The notes under the pieces: model-generated
What the model saw: the letters and a program-made list of their open reading frames with translations, nothing else
Told to the model about the DNA's origin: nothing
Databases searched by the model: none
In this document: piece after piece, positions 42,700-51,840 of the stretch
Layout: each line of letters starts with the position of its first letter
Numbering within the stretch: position 1 is the stretch's first letter
Position numbers and translations under genes: made by a program
From: Nostoc sp.
Lineage (GTDB): Bacteria; Cyanobacteriota; Cyanobacteriia; Cyanobacteriales; Nostocaceae
Length of the DNA: 64,000 bases
Direction of reading: 5' to 3'
Assembly (NCBI GenBank): GCA_036918135.1
Contig: JBALDB010000005.1
Coordinates: 96,001 to 160,000, forward strand

Positions 42700-44973
42700 T
42701 CAAAACACCATTGGCATCGGGTTCATCTGGTCTTCGGTTAATGGAGCAGAGCGCCATCCCAGCTTTGTGGGTACATTGTACAATCGTCCCGCTCCAAATC
42801 GTGACCAGAAGTGACGTAAACCAGGTACAATCACTTTGACGACGGGTAAGCCAATATCGGGGCGGGTTTGGTTCAGCACCAGCATCTCCAACCCAGCACG
42901 TCTAGCGACTTCGACACAAGTTAAGACATCTTGCTGAATATCATTGCTCCACTGCTGCGGGTAATCGGCATATTGTTTGGGTAGTGTTTGTGTACAAGGA
43001 GCGAGATAAGGCTGATTAGCTAAAGTTGCCTGGGTAAACCAGTAGTTCAAGGCTGAGTCTGAGTCGCTGGAATAATCTAGCCGATCTACAGCAAAACTGA
43101 TTTGATTTACCTCGGTGACGGCTCGTGAAATCGCAATTTTGGGGTCGAAATGTGCCCCATATCCGGCAATAATTCGTTCTTCACCGCCACCTATGTTACG
43201 AGAGAGGGCGACAAAGGCGGGAATGTTTAAGTCAGTCGTTAAATCTAGTACCCAAAGTTCTCGTTGCTGGCTACGGTACCAATTTTGCAACTCTAATAGA
43301 TACGAATCGTTGAAGCTGGCTAGGTCTACAGCTGGGCGCAACAGACGATTATACCACCAGATGGCGACGCTATCGCGCTCCACCAGTTCTAAAAATCCTT
43401 GGAGAATGGCATCTTCTAGCGTTCCTCCGGCGGCGCTGCCGTTGGAATCGGCACAACAAAAGCGATGGGTTTTGGGCAATCGGTAATTGTAGTAGCAAAA
43501 GGCGGTGGAGAGGTATTTATGCGTTTGCTCGGTCATTGACCAAACAGGAGTCCAGTCAACAGCTTGAGTCTCATCAAAAAGTTGCGGAATCCAATCATGC
43601 TCCACGATCGCCTTTTGATTCAACTCCTCCCTGTTTTGATATTGAGTATCACTATACAGCAAACACTCAGCCGGATGAATGGCGTTGCCCAACTCAGCAA
43701 ACTGAGAATTGATTCGAGGTTCATCCCCTTGGTAGATGCCAGAATAGCGTTCTATTGCTTCACAAAAACCGCTTGCTTGGGATTGGCGATCGCTTTTGCC
43801 CTTACCGCCACTTTTGTGCCTGAGCGACTTTCGCAAACGGTTGAGGTTTGAGGAGGAACCTAAGGCATGGGTAGCGCTGTAGGTGTGGATCAAGGGGTTA
43901 TTGGGGTCGGACACGCGCACGAGGGCGCTGACAACTCCGCTAATTGGACTGATTAAATGCTCATAGCGTTGCAGAATTTGTTCTGGGGTAAAGGCGCGAT
44001 GGCCGCCATCTTGGGTAAATAGCTTTTTGCGGCTGGTAAGCGCGATCGCACTATTAACCTGTTGACTAACTAAATCGGGATTGCCACAAGCAGGACATTG
44101 AGGGCGCTGAATCAGCGTGTGCGTTTTTAGAGTAAAGTTCGTCTGGTCGAGGGTAATCAGTTTCCCAGCTAACGTTTGAATGGTCGATTCTGGGATAACC
44201 TGCTTCACCAGCCATTTAGCAACTTCGGTGGTCGTCAGTGCGATCGCCGCTTGCATCGTCGAAGGCAATACAGCAAAAGCAGTTGGTAAACACCCCATCC
44301 CCTGCTCCTTTTGCCGTAAAACCGATGCTTCCACTTCCCGGTTACCGTTGAGTCGATGCGCGAGACATTCCCAACAGCCTGTTTCTCCCGGAGTAAAGAT
44401 AGAACCGAACCACAGTATGCCGCCAATTGGCTTGACAAGTAGCCAGGGTTGGTGAGTTTGCAAGGCTGTTTTATTGATCTGGCTCAGTTGTGGCTGTTGA
44501 TAGTCATCCGTAAGCACAACCAACAGCGAACTACCTCCCTGTGCCTCCCCTGCTCCCCCTAGCTGCACAGGAATACCGATCGCCTGCAACGCCTCAATTA
44601 AAGGTTGGGCATCAACGCCACCGACCGTTGTGACAAAAACTTGGGTGTGGGGTAGGCGATCGCTCACTACTTGCGGCTCTACACCTAGCAAGCTCCAAAA
44701 AGCGGCGGCTTGAGGAGTGAGGCTGTGAGCGGCATCAGTGAGGTAGCCTTTGGCGTTGAGGCGATCGAGTACATAATCAAAGTATTCAGGGGGAACTTGC
44801 CCATCGAGTTTTTGAATAATTTCTTCTCGCGTGTACTGACCATTGAGCAGAGGAATAATCTGGCAATACAGGCGACCTGTCAGCGCGTAGGTGGCATATT
44901 CGCTCAATAAATAGACGTTTTCTGGTTCAATAATTTCGACGCGGAAGTGAGGTTTAATCTGGGGAATCTTCAT
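42700..44973 (-). CDS. patD: Cyanobactin cyclodehydratase (fused RRE/E1-like + YcaO)
   Basis: IKPHFRVEII start, GCWECL..CPACG, DGGHR, CEAIERYS, ELVERDS, PGLRHFW. Confidence 0.93.
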   Translation of the reverse strand: MKIPQIKPHFRVEIIEPENVYLLSEYATYALTGRLYCQIIPLLNGQYTREEIIQKLDGQVPPEYFDYVLDRLNAKGYLTDAAHSLTPQAAAFWSLLGVEPQVVSDRLPHTQVFVTTVGGVDAQPLIEALQAIGIPVQLGGAGEAQGGSSLLVVLTDDYQQPQLSQINKTALQTHQPWLLVKPIGGILWFGSIFTPGETGCWECLAHRLNGNREVEASVLRQKEQGMGCLPTAFAVLPSTMQAAIALTTTEVAKWLVKQVIPESTIQTLAGKLITLDQTNFTLKTHTLIQRPQCPACGNPDLVSQQVNSAIALTSRKKLFTQDGGHRAFTPEQILQRYEHLISPISGVVSALVRVSDPNNPLIHTYSATHALGSSSNLNRLRKSLRHKSGGKGKSDRQSQASGFCEAIERYSGIYQGDEPRINSQFAELGNAIHPAECLLYSDTQYQNREELNQKAIVEHDWIPQLFDETQAVDWTPVWSMTEQTHKYLSTAFCYYNYRLPKTHRFCCADSNGSAAGGTLEDAILQGFLELVERDSVAIWWYNRLLRPAVDLASFNDSYLLELQNWYRSQQRELWVLDLTTDLNIPAFVALSRNIGGGEERIIAGYGAHFDPKIAISRAVTEVNQISFAVDRLDYSSDSDSALNYWFTQATLANQPYLAPCTQTLPKQYADYPQQWSNDIQQDVLTCVEVARRAGLEMLVLNQTRPDIGLPVVKVIVPGLRHFWSRFGAGRLYNVPTKLGWRSAPLTEDQMNPMPMVF

Positions 44974-45016
44974 ATATGGTTTAGGATCGGCTTAGGCGGT
45001 CATGGGAGTTTGAGTT

Positions 45017-45646
45017 ATGTTTGCTCTGGTGTCACCTGATAAAATTCAGTTACCAGCAGGAGCCGTAGTGCGGTTGCCTGCGACCTGGCAGGAGTATCAG
45101 GCGTTGTGTCAGCAGCGAGGTGATGGTGCAATTCCTCGTCTCAAGTATCGCTTTGGAGAGATTCTGTTAATGTCACCAATGCCAAAACACGGACGGGATG
45201 CTCATTTGATCGCTAATGTGATTACAACATTACTCGACCATACCGAACGTGAGTACGATGCCTTTACACCAGTGACAATGGAACTGCCCGATGAAAGTGG
45301 CATTGAACCAGACTATTGTTTTTATATTGATCATTGGCGAGCGGTTTCTGGTAAAGAGCGCATTGACTGGAAGACCGATCCGCCACCCGATCTGGTACTG
45401 GAAATTGATGTAACGAGTTATTCAGATGTGAATGATTACCTGCCGTATCAAGTGCCAGAGGTTTGGCTATTTCGCAAAAACCAGTTGTTAGTTTACCAGT
45501 TACAGGGCACAGAATATTTGCTGCAAACACAAAGCCAGTATTTTCCAAACATCAACCTCCAAACTATAGTTACCCGCTGTCTTCAAGTTGCCTATGAGCG
45601 TAATACCAGTGCGGCGATTCGAGAACTTAAACAACAATTAAAGTAA
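45017..45646 (+). CDS. Uma2/DUF820 family protein
   Basis: ATWQEY, IEPDYCFYI, PPPDLVLEIDVTS, VPEVW. Confidence 0.88.
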   Translation: MFALVSPDKIQLPAGAVVRLPATWQEYQALCQQRGDGAIPRLKYRFGEILLMSPMPKHGRDAHLIANVITTLLDHTEREYDAFTPVTMELPDESGIEPDYCFYIDHWRAVSGKERIDWKTDPPPDLVLEIDVTSYSDVNDYLPYQVPEVWLFRKNQLLVYQLQGTEYLLQTQSQYFPNINLQTIVTRCLQVAYERNTSAAIRELKQQLK

Positions 45647-45755
45647 GACAGTTAGTAGTCTGTTCAAGTTTTGCTTATCCATGAGAGTTGTCTCCATTGT
45701 GTAGTTGGTTGATGTCCCATTGTCGAGCGTTGCTGTGTCGGTGGGTCTGACCGCT
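45638..45755 (-). pseudogene. Truncated third cyanobactin precursor (conserved 5' leader + MDKQNL)
   Basis: 45683-45755 matches the upstream regions of both intact precursors; ATG 45682 gives MDKQNL and then unrelated NRLLTVLL*. Confidence 0.8.
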
Positions 45756-45830
45756 TCACCGAGGTAAATAGACGTTTTTGCGTTCAACGAACTCAACCCG
45801 AAAATGAGGTTTAATCTGAGGAATCTTCAT
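45756..45830 (-). pseudogene. 5' fragment of a second patD copy
   Basis: MKIPQIKPHFRVEFVERKNVYLPR* versus MKIPQIKPHFRVEIIEPENVYLLS in intact PatD. Confidence 0.85.
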
Positions 45831-45860
45831 ATTTTTAGAAGCATATACCTTGTTCATAAA

Positions 45861-46724
45861 TTAGATTATGTAGTACAAATTTATCTTTTGGATTGTTTCA
45901 GCTTGCAATTCACTTTCTAATAAGGCAACTGCCATTTCTTTTACAGGTTGCTGTTGGTAGTAGGCGTGAACTCTCCGGGCAATATCGTTTACAGGAAAAT
46001 AACTCAAGAAGTCATTAATATTTTCTAAATAGTAATAAATTTTTCTTTCTAAATTGGCCTGAGAAAGTCCTACACTTATTCTCTTACAAATGGGTAAACG
46101 TTGCAGAACTGCTGGCGACAGAACTTGTCTTAATCGCTGCTGTATATCAGCTTGTTGCCACTCTTGTTTTTTAATATATGGATAAAGCTCAATATTGCTT
46201 TTACCATTAAATCTACAATCAAATCCGATATGTAAGAAGTTATTGAAAAGTAGCATTTGTATATCTGCTTCTAAATTTTTTCCATTTAGGGCAATTGCTA
46301 ATTCTTCTTTCTCTGGATAATTTTCGATAGTTAGAGCAAGGTCAACTGAAGAATCAGTTAATTCTCTACGAAGATCCACACCGACCAGAAATTCCTTAAG
46401 TTTACTAAAGTCAAAGTCGCCACTGAAGAATTTGTCAATCAAAGAGTCATCAAGTTTGACACCAATTCTTGTATTGATTTGATTGAAGAAATCAATTACA
46501 ATTTTTAGCTGTTTTGTAGTTTTGAGATTAAACTCTAAAAAAAATCTAGCTGGATAAATTCGGTCTTTTTCAACTTTGCAAGAAGCTTCCAGCGAACAAT
46601 CATCTGTAATATTTTCTATTGTTTCTACAAATGATTTGAAGATATCAAGAGCATAAATATTTTCAATCTCAAATGCTTGCTCATGGGCAGCAATGAAAGG
46701 TGATTTTTTAGCTAATATTTTCAT
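45861..46724 (-). CDS. patF: LynF/TruF/PatF-family peptide prenyltransferase
   Basis: FIAAHEQAFEIE, LEASCKVE..YPARF, GVDLRREL, IELYP, RRVHAYY, INLYY. Confidence 0.88.
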   Translation of the reverse strand: MKILAKKSPFIAAHEQAFEIENIYALDIFKSFVETIENITDDCSLEASCKVEKDRIYPARFFLEFNLKTTKQLKIVIDFFNQINTRIGVKLDDSLIDKFFSGDFDFSKLKEFLVGVDLRRELTDSSVDLALTIENYPEKEELAIALNGKNLEADIQMLLFNNFLHIGFDCRFNGKSNIELYPYIKKQEWQQADIQQRLRQVLSPAVLQRLPICKRISVGLSQANLERKIYYYLENINDFLSYFPVNDIARRVHAYYQQQPVKEMAVALLESELQAETIQKINLYYII

Positions 46725-46895
46725 TTTCTCCGATCGTTTATTTCCAGCTTGGAATCAGAAGCGGGCACTCAACGCGCAATAGTCTAGAAGACTGCTGGGT
46801 ATAAGGGTGTAGAGAGATTTCAGGGCATTATCAGAGAAAGCTATAAGCGCGATCGCCCTTGGTATGGGTGTATCGAGAGGGGCGATCGCTTAATC

Positions 46896-48818
46896 CTATC
46901 TCCAAATCCGCCCCCGCCGGAAGAGAGGATCTGCCTCTGTTTTTTGTTGTTTTGCCATCTCTTTAAACCAGTAGCCGTAATCTTCCAATCCGGTTGATCG
47001 CGTCAGCCGTTCTTCGGGATCGAGCTTCAGCTTCAGAGGAATTTCTGCTTCCTCCCAGACGAGATTACGGCTAAGTGTTCCCACTGCCCGATTCGTTGTT
47101 TTATCTTCCAAGGTTGACCCTACTGTTTGATTCAAAGACCAATAGCGCACTAAGCCCAGTTCTCTCCCTGTCAGGGGGTACATTTGATTGGCTTCAATCT
47201 CTGCTTGCGATCGCGCATACCGCCACACCCGTACCTCCAGCAGTTTGCCCTGAAAGCGGGAATCTGCCACGTTTGGCTGTCCACCTAAATAAGTATTGCC
47301 AGACGACAAGACTGGGAAAATTGCCTTTTGATTGTCGTTGTGTACCCCGTTAATGTAGAGCTTCGTATCGCCGGGACGACTCCCCGCCCGTGCCACTGCA
47401 ACATGATACCAGCTTCCAGATGTGATGCCAGCACCCACGGAAGCGATCGCTTCACTAGAGAGGGGAGTCTGAAACTTCAGTTCGCCGCCTTCCAGATAAA
47501 ACAGCGTTTCTCCATCAGCAAAAATCAGCTGCTTGCCAGCATTTGTGGCAGGATACACCCAAGCTTCAATTGTGAAGTTTCCTTGCGGTCTGAGCGCTCC
47601 GCCACCAGTAGAGATCCCCTGATGTTTGTCATCAAGCACCAACACCATTTGGCTACCCTGCAATCTCACAGGGGGGATGGGTGGAGCGATTGCTGGGGCT
47701 GACGTTACAGGTGGATTCGATTCTACAGAGGGTTGAGGTGGAGTGGGAGCAACATTCGGTGGTGCGGAAGCTGGTTCTGGTAAGGTTCCAGATTGTTCGA
47801 TTGGAATAAACTGTCCGGGTAACACTGGAGACGGACTAGGTGAGATATTTGGCGAGGCGGTTGCAGTTTCACCCAGTTCTCCAAGTTGTTCGGTTGTACC
47901 TGTATATGTTAAGTTTCCATCAATATTTTCAATTCCATCTAAGACGATTGAGGTTTTGTTTGATGAACCATCCGCTCTCTTGCAAGTGGCTGATAGTACA
48001 TTTCCCTGAATAGAGATTTCAGTGCAAGTTTGTTGATAACTACTCGGTTTGTTCGGGTCAGTTAGTTTTAATTCTCCATCAATATTTTCAATTCCCTTTA
48101 AGACGATTGAGGTGTTATTGAGTGAACCATCACTTTTTCTGCAAGTGGCTGATAGTACATTTCCCTGAATAGAGATGTCGCTACAACTTTGTTGGTAAGT
48201 GCTACTGATTACACCTGGAGCGATCGCGGCATTCGAGGGTTGACCTGATGCAGCCGGACTGGGTGCAACATTCGGGGGGGCGCTTGCTGGTTGGCTTGGT
48301 AAGCTTTCGGATGCAGTTGGTGGAGATGAGCTTTCTGGAGCCGGAGAAGACACAGATTCAGCGCTTTCTAAAATCCACCAATCTTTAGTGTTTTCCGCAG
48401 TCGTAATGTAGCCAGCATAACTGGTATCAGCACACAGTTTTTGATTAGTGTAGGAAGAGTTGGTGAGGTAAACCCGCTCATCATAGCGAATTGCACCTCC
48501 CTTACCAGAAACTTTGGTAATTATCCAACTCTGTTTATTTTCATCGTAGCCATCTTGCCAATAGTAGCAATCGTGGCTATTGGAAAAAGCCCCTAAAATG
48601 TCATTATTACCTGTTGTTAATTCTGTTGTTTTGATTTTGATGCGACTTTGCGCTCTCACCACCTCACCTTCGGAGTTACCTACAAGTTGAAGCGTTACTT
48701 TTCCTGTGTTTCCTAATTGTGGCCAGTTGTATGTGCCGCGATTAACAGCAACTATGTATTGATTTGTTGCGTGCTTGAGATAAAAGGAGTCACCAAATTT
48801 AACGGTATTTTCAGCCAT
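46896..48818 (-). CDS. Multi-lectin/PatC fusion: putative beta-trefoil + 2 CVNH repeats + LamG/ConA-like domain + C-terminal PatC motif
   Basis: YQQSC..I..QGNVLSATC....DGS...TSIVL.GIENIDG.L twice (cyanovirin-N type); FTIEAWVYP..WYHVAV..LYING..GKLLEVRVW (LamG); TGLEDYGYW...FRRGRIWR (PatC/TenC/TruC signature). Confidence 0.85.
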   Translation of the reverse strand: MAENTVKFGDSFYLKHATNQYIVAVNRGTYNWPQLGNTGKVTLQLVGNSEGEVVRAQSRIKIKTTELTTGNNDILGAFSNSHDCYYWQDGYDENKQSWIITKVSGKGGAIRYDERVYLTNSSYTNQKLCADTSYAGYITTAENTKDWWILESAESVSSPAPESSSPPTASESLPSQPASAPPNVAPSPAASGQPSNAAIAPGVISSTYQQSCSDISIQGNVLSATCRKSDGSLNNTSIVLKGIENIDGELKLTDPNKPSSYQQTCTEISIQGNVLSATCKRADGSSNKTSIVLDGIENIDGNLTYTGTTEQLGELGETATASPNISPSPSPVLPGQFIPIEQSGTLPEPASAPPNVAPTPPQPSVESNPPVTSAPAIAPPIPPVRLQGSQMVLVLDDKHQGISTGGGALRPQGNFTIEAWVYPATNAGKQLIFADGETLFYLEGGELKFQTPLSSEAIASVGAGITSGSWYHVAVARAGSRPGDTKLYINGVHNDNQKAIFPVLSSGNTYLGGQPNVADSRFQGKLLEVRVWRYARSQAEIEANQMYPLTGRELGLVRYWSLNQTVGSTLEDKTTNRAVGTLSRNLVWEEAEIPLKLKLDPEERLTRSTGLEDYGYWFKEMAKQQKTEADPLFRRGRIWR

Positions 48819-48887
48819 AGTTTTTCTCCAAACTAGTTGGTGGAGATGAGTTTTGTTGAGCAGAGAAAGCTGAGGGAGCTGGCGAGG

Positions 48888-49826
48888 TTAAGATTGGATC
48901 GGTCGAGTGTAAATTCCCAATTGCGCCAGAACATTTCGAGCGCTACCATAAGTGCCAAAGAAACCAATAATTTCAGAGCCTTGAGGCGCAGCCAGTGTAA
49001 ATTCTTCTACCTGCTTTTGAGAATTTTTTCCGCCAAACACATCAGATTGAGCGCCTTGATGGGTATGAAATTGAATGGTGATAATATCTTCTTTAGGAAA
49101 GCCAGAACTTTGTGTTCCCCACGTTCCAGAAACAGAAGTGAGATAATCTCCTGCGGCTAAAGCAAATGTACTGAGATTGTTTGCCTCGCCTACTGCTTCA
49201 GGAGGATTCGTTGTCGGGTTTTCATACTCGACTTGAATCTTGTCCACTGCCCAATCCGCACTCACGTTAATACTTTTAATCTTAGTTGCGGTTGTGTTTT
49301 CGGGTAGAGTTGAAAAATCGGTACCGGAGATTGAGCTGCCTACTGGGCCAACTTGTGTAATTACAGGGGCATTGCTTTCTAAAATCCACCAATCTTTAAT
49401 ATTCTCTGCTGTCGTGATGAAGCCAACATACTCGGTATCAGCACACAGGTTTTGATTAGTGTATGAACAGTTGGTGAGGTAAACCCGATCGCCATAGCTT
49501 ATTGAACCCTCACCAGAAACTTTGGTAATTACCCAGCTTTGTTTGTCTTCACTCCAGCCATCTTCCGAATAGTAGCAATCGTGACTATCGGCAAAAGCCC
49601 CCAAAATATCATTATTATCTTTTAAAGGTTCTTTGGTTTTGATTTTGATGCGACTTTGCGATTCCACCACCTGACCTTCGTTACCTACAAGTTGAAGCGT
49701 CACTTTTTGCGTTGTGTCTCCTAACTGTGGCCAGTTGTATGTTCCACGACCAACAGGAACTATATATTGATCTGTTGAGTGCTTGAGATAAAAAGTGTCA
49801 CCAAATTTAACGGTATTATCAGCCAT
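48888..49826 (-). CDS. Putative beta-trefoil + jacalin-like lectin protein
   Basis: N-terminal ~150 aa paralogous to 46896-48818; C-terminal GPVG..DF, VDKIQVEY, GDYLTSVSGTWG, IQFHT, EIIGFFG, LAQLGIY resemble a jacalin beta-prism. Confidence 0.8.
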   Translation of the reverse strand: MADNTVKFGDTFYLKHSTDQYIVPVGRGTYNWPQLGDTTQKVTLQLVGNEGQVVESQSRIKIKTKEPLKDNNDILGAFADSHDCYYSEDGWSEDKQSWVITKVSGEGSISYGDRVYLTNCSYTNQNLCADTEYVGFITTAENIKDWWILESNAPVITQVGPVGSSISGTDFSTLPENTTATKIKSINVSADWAVDKIQVEYENPTTNPPEAVGEANNLSTFALAAGDYLTSVSGTWGTQSSGFPKEDIITIQFHTHQGAQSDVFGGKNSQKQVEEFTLAAPQGSEIIGFFGTYGSARNVLAQLGIYTRPIQS

Positions 49827-49893
49827 AATGTTCCTCTAAAGAGTAAGAAAAGTAATTTGGATCGAGAATTTTGTGAAATGGTATCAAGAGAAA

Positions 49894-50124
49894 TTAGAGA
49901 AACGCCATGCCAGTTAAAGAGTCAAAGCAACCATAGCCAGAAGTTTTTAGTTGGTTATAGTTGCGGTTCTCAAAGGCTACCGGATCGTTAAAGTTTGCGC
50001 CGTGCAGCAATTTTATCCGAATGTTAACTAACTCTTCGACGCTGCCATGAACTACATCAACGGCTTCATGTGGCTGGATTAAATCAGGACGTTTTATTGG
50101 GGGGGATTGTTTAGGAAGTTTCAT
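49894..50124 (-). CDS. patB: Cyanobactin PatB/AcyB/McaB family protein
   Basis: LPKQSPPIKRP..I.P..AVDVVHG...L..IR..LLHGANFNDP..F. Confidence 0.9.
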   Translation of the reverse strand: MKLPKQSPPIKRPDLIQPHEAVDVVHGSVEELVNIRIKLLHGANFNDPVAFENRNYNQLKTSGYGCFDSLTGMAFL

Positions 50125-50197
50125 TGTTAGGTTTTTTTAAGTGAATTGGGGTGTATTTAAGCTTGGATAATGCAAGTCGCGTGAATACTCTTAATCT

Positions 50198-50977
50198 ATG
50201 TCGAGAAAATGTCGTCACTTCCAGACTGGGTATGCTTGCCACGTCACAATTCGTTGCAATAATCGAGAATTTAAACTGCAATAGCTAGAATGCCGCGAAG
50301 TATTTCTCTATGCCATCAAACAAGCTATCGACAAATTTAAATTTAAGCTGTACGCAGTCTGCATCATGTCAAATCACATCCACTACTTGATTGAACCTGC
50401 TCAATTTGATGATTTGCCAAAAATTATGCATTTCCTCAATTGGTATACTGCGATGTGCTTTAACCGGATGCTAAATCGCACGGGGCACTTTTGGGAGAAG
50501 CGATATTTTTGTGATGGCTTTCCCGCCTCAGATCGAGAACGGGCGCTCAACACACTGCGCTACATCCACGGAAACCTTAAATCAGCCAAAATTCGTTCGG
50601 GCTTTTTCTACGAGTTCAGCAATTACGGCAGCTATGACCAATTGACCCATGATGGCTTAACTCAATGGCATCCGGCATTCTTAACCCTTGGCAACAGTTT
50701 GGAAGACTGTGCCCGAAAGTACCGGGGATTTTGCAGGCGATACCAACAGAAAAGTAAGCCAGCGAGAAAGTGCTATTGGGGGAATAAACTTTTAGCTGGC
50801 TTGAACCTCAAGGGAGTCAAAAGCAGTGAAAAATCTCAACGATCAACTTCTGCTCCTTCCTCCCCTGCTCCCTTTCTCCCCATCCCATCATCACGGTGCC
50901 CACGGAGGTGCCAGGTATCGCAAAGCGCGAAGCGATCGCACCATCACCAGAAGCAGAAAAACGAAGTCAGTCCTTAA
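50198..50977 (+). pseudogene. REP-associated/IS200-like tyrosine (Y1) transposase with premature stop
   Basis: ATG 50198 MSRK..HVTIRCNNREF, TAG at 50282-50284, then in-frame CIMSNHIHYL (HUH), GHFWEKRY, YIHGN. Confidence 0.8.
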
Positions 50978-51090
50978 TCATTTCCCGATTTTTCTGTCTC
51001 TCTCCCCATCATGGTGCGGCCAAAAGCCTCGTGATTCAATCCGCTCGAACCAGGCTCATAGACTGGGAAAGAAGTAATTTTGAGGGTAAC

Positions 51091-51303
51091 TTACTCCACG
51101 TCTTCTCCGTTATAAGAACACATCCCCATCAACTGATCGTCTTCATTACCCGTATTTGATGGTAGTACAGCTCCCATAGTAGGAGCATCAGCAAATTGGG
51201 ATAGGGTAAATTCAGATAGTTCTGCTAGTTGAGTCGGTAGCTGTCCCGTTGCGATCCGGTTGACGGGTTGAGCGGGTTGTGGCATCAGGTTTTGTTTGTC
51301 CAT
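51091..51303 (-). CDS. patE: Cyanobactin precursor peptide E2 (predicted core NTGNEDDQLMGMC)
   Basis: MDKQNLMPQ..PVNR leader, LAELSEFTL (RSI variant), GAVLPS (RSII), SYNGED (RSIII-like). Confidence 0.85.
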   Translation of the reverse strand: MDKQNLMPQPAQPVNRIATGQLPTQLAELSEFTLSQFADAPTMGAVLPSNTGNEDDQLMGMCSYNGEDVE

Positions 51304-51612
51304 GAGTTGATTCTCCGTTTTTGTGGTTAGTTGATGTCCCGTTGTTGAGCCTCCCTTGCTTTCTATGTCTAATCTCAGTGCTGTGGGAAGCTAAATCCCT
51401 AGATGCAGATTTTTAGGAAGCAGGAAAAACGTGTTTTAGTCTCCCCCACTTCCCTTAGTTACTCATTTTCCTCATCCTTCCCTACCTCCAAACCGGAGGT
51501 CACGGAAAGCCCCCAGATGAGGGCAATTGATAAGAGATTCATTCTTTACGAATTAGGCTCCCAGACAAAGAAAAGAGAGATTAGAGGGAGAAACGACGTG
51601 TAGAATTAAGCC

Positions 51613-51840
51613 CTATTCCTCGTCGCCATCATAAGAACAGACCCTTAAGCACACTCTGTAACCAAAAAGAGTACCAGGAGTTTCCGTCTGAAACGATGCT
51701 AGTACAGATGCACTAGAAGCCTCATCACCATACAGTTGCAAAGCTTCTTCCGACAGTTCTGCCAGTTCCGGAGGCACTTGTCCGCTTGCGATCCGGTTGA
51801 CGGGCTGGGCAGCTTGTGGCATTAGGTTTTTCTTGTCCAT
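51613..51840 (-). CDS. patE: Cyanobactin precursor peptide E1 (predicted core FQTETPGTLFGYRVCLRVC)
   Basis: MDKKNLMPQ leader, LAELSEEAL (RSI), SVLAS (RSII), SYDGDEE (RSIII). Confidence 0.9.
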   Translation of the reverse strand: MDKKNLMPQAAQPVNRIASGQVPPELAELSEEALQLYGDEASSASVLASFQTETPGTLFGYRVCLRVCSYDGDEE

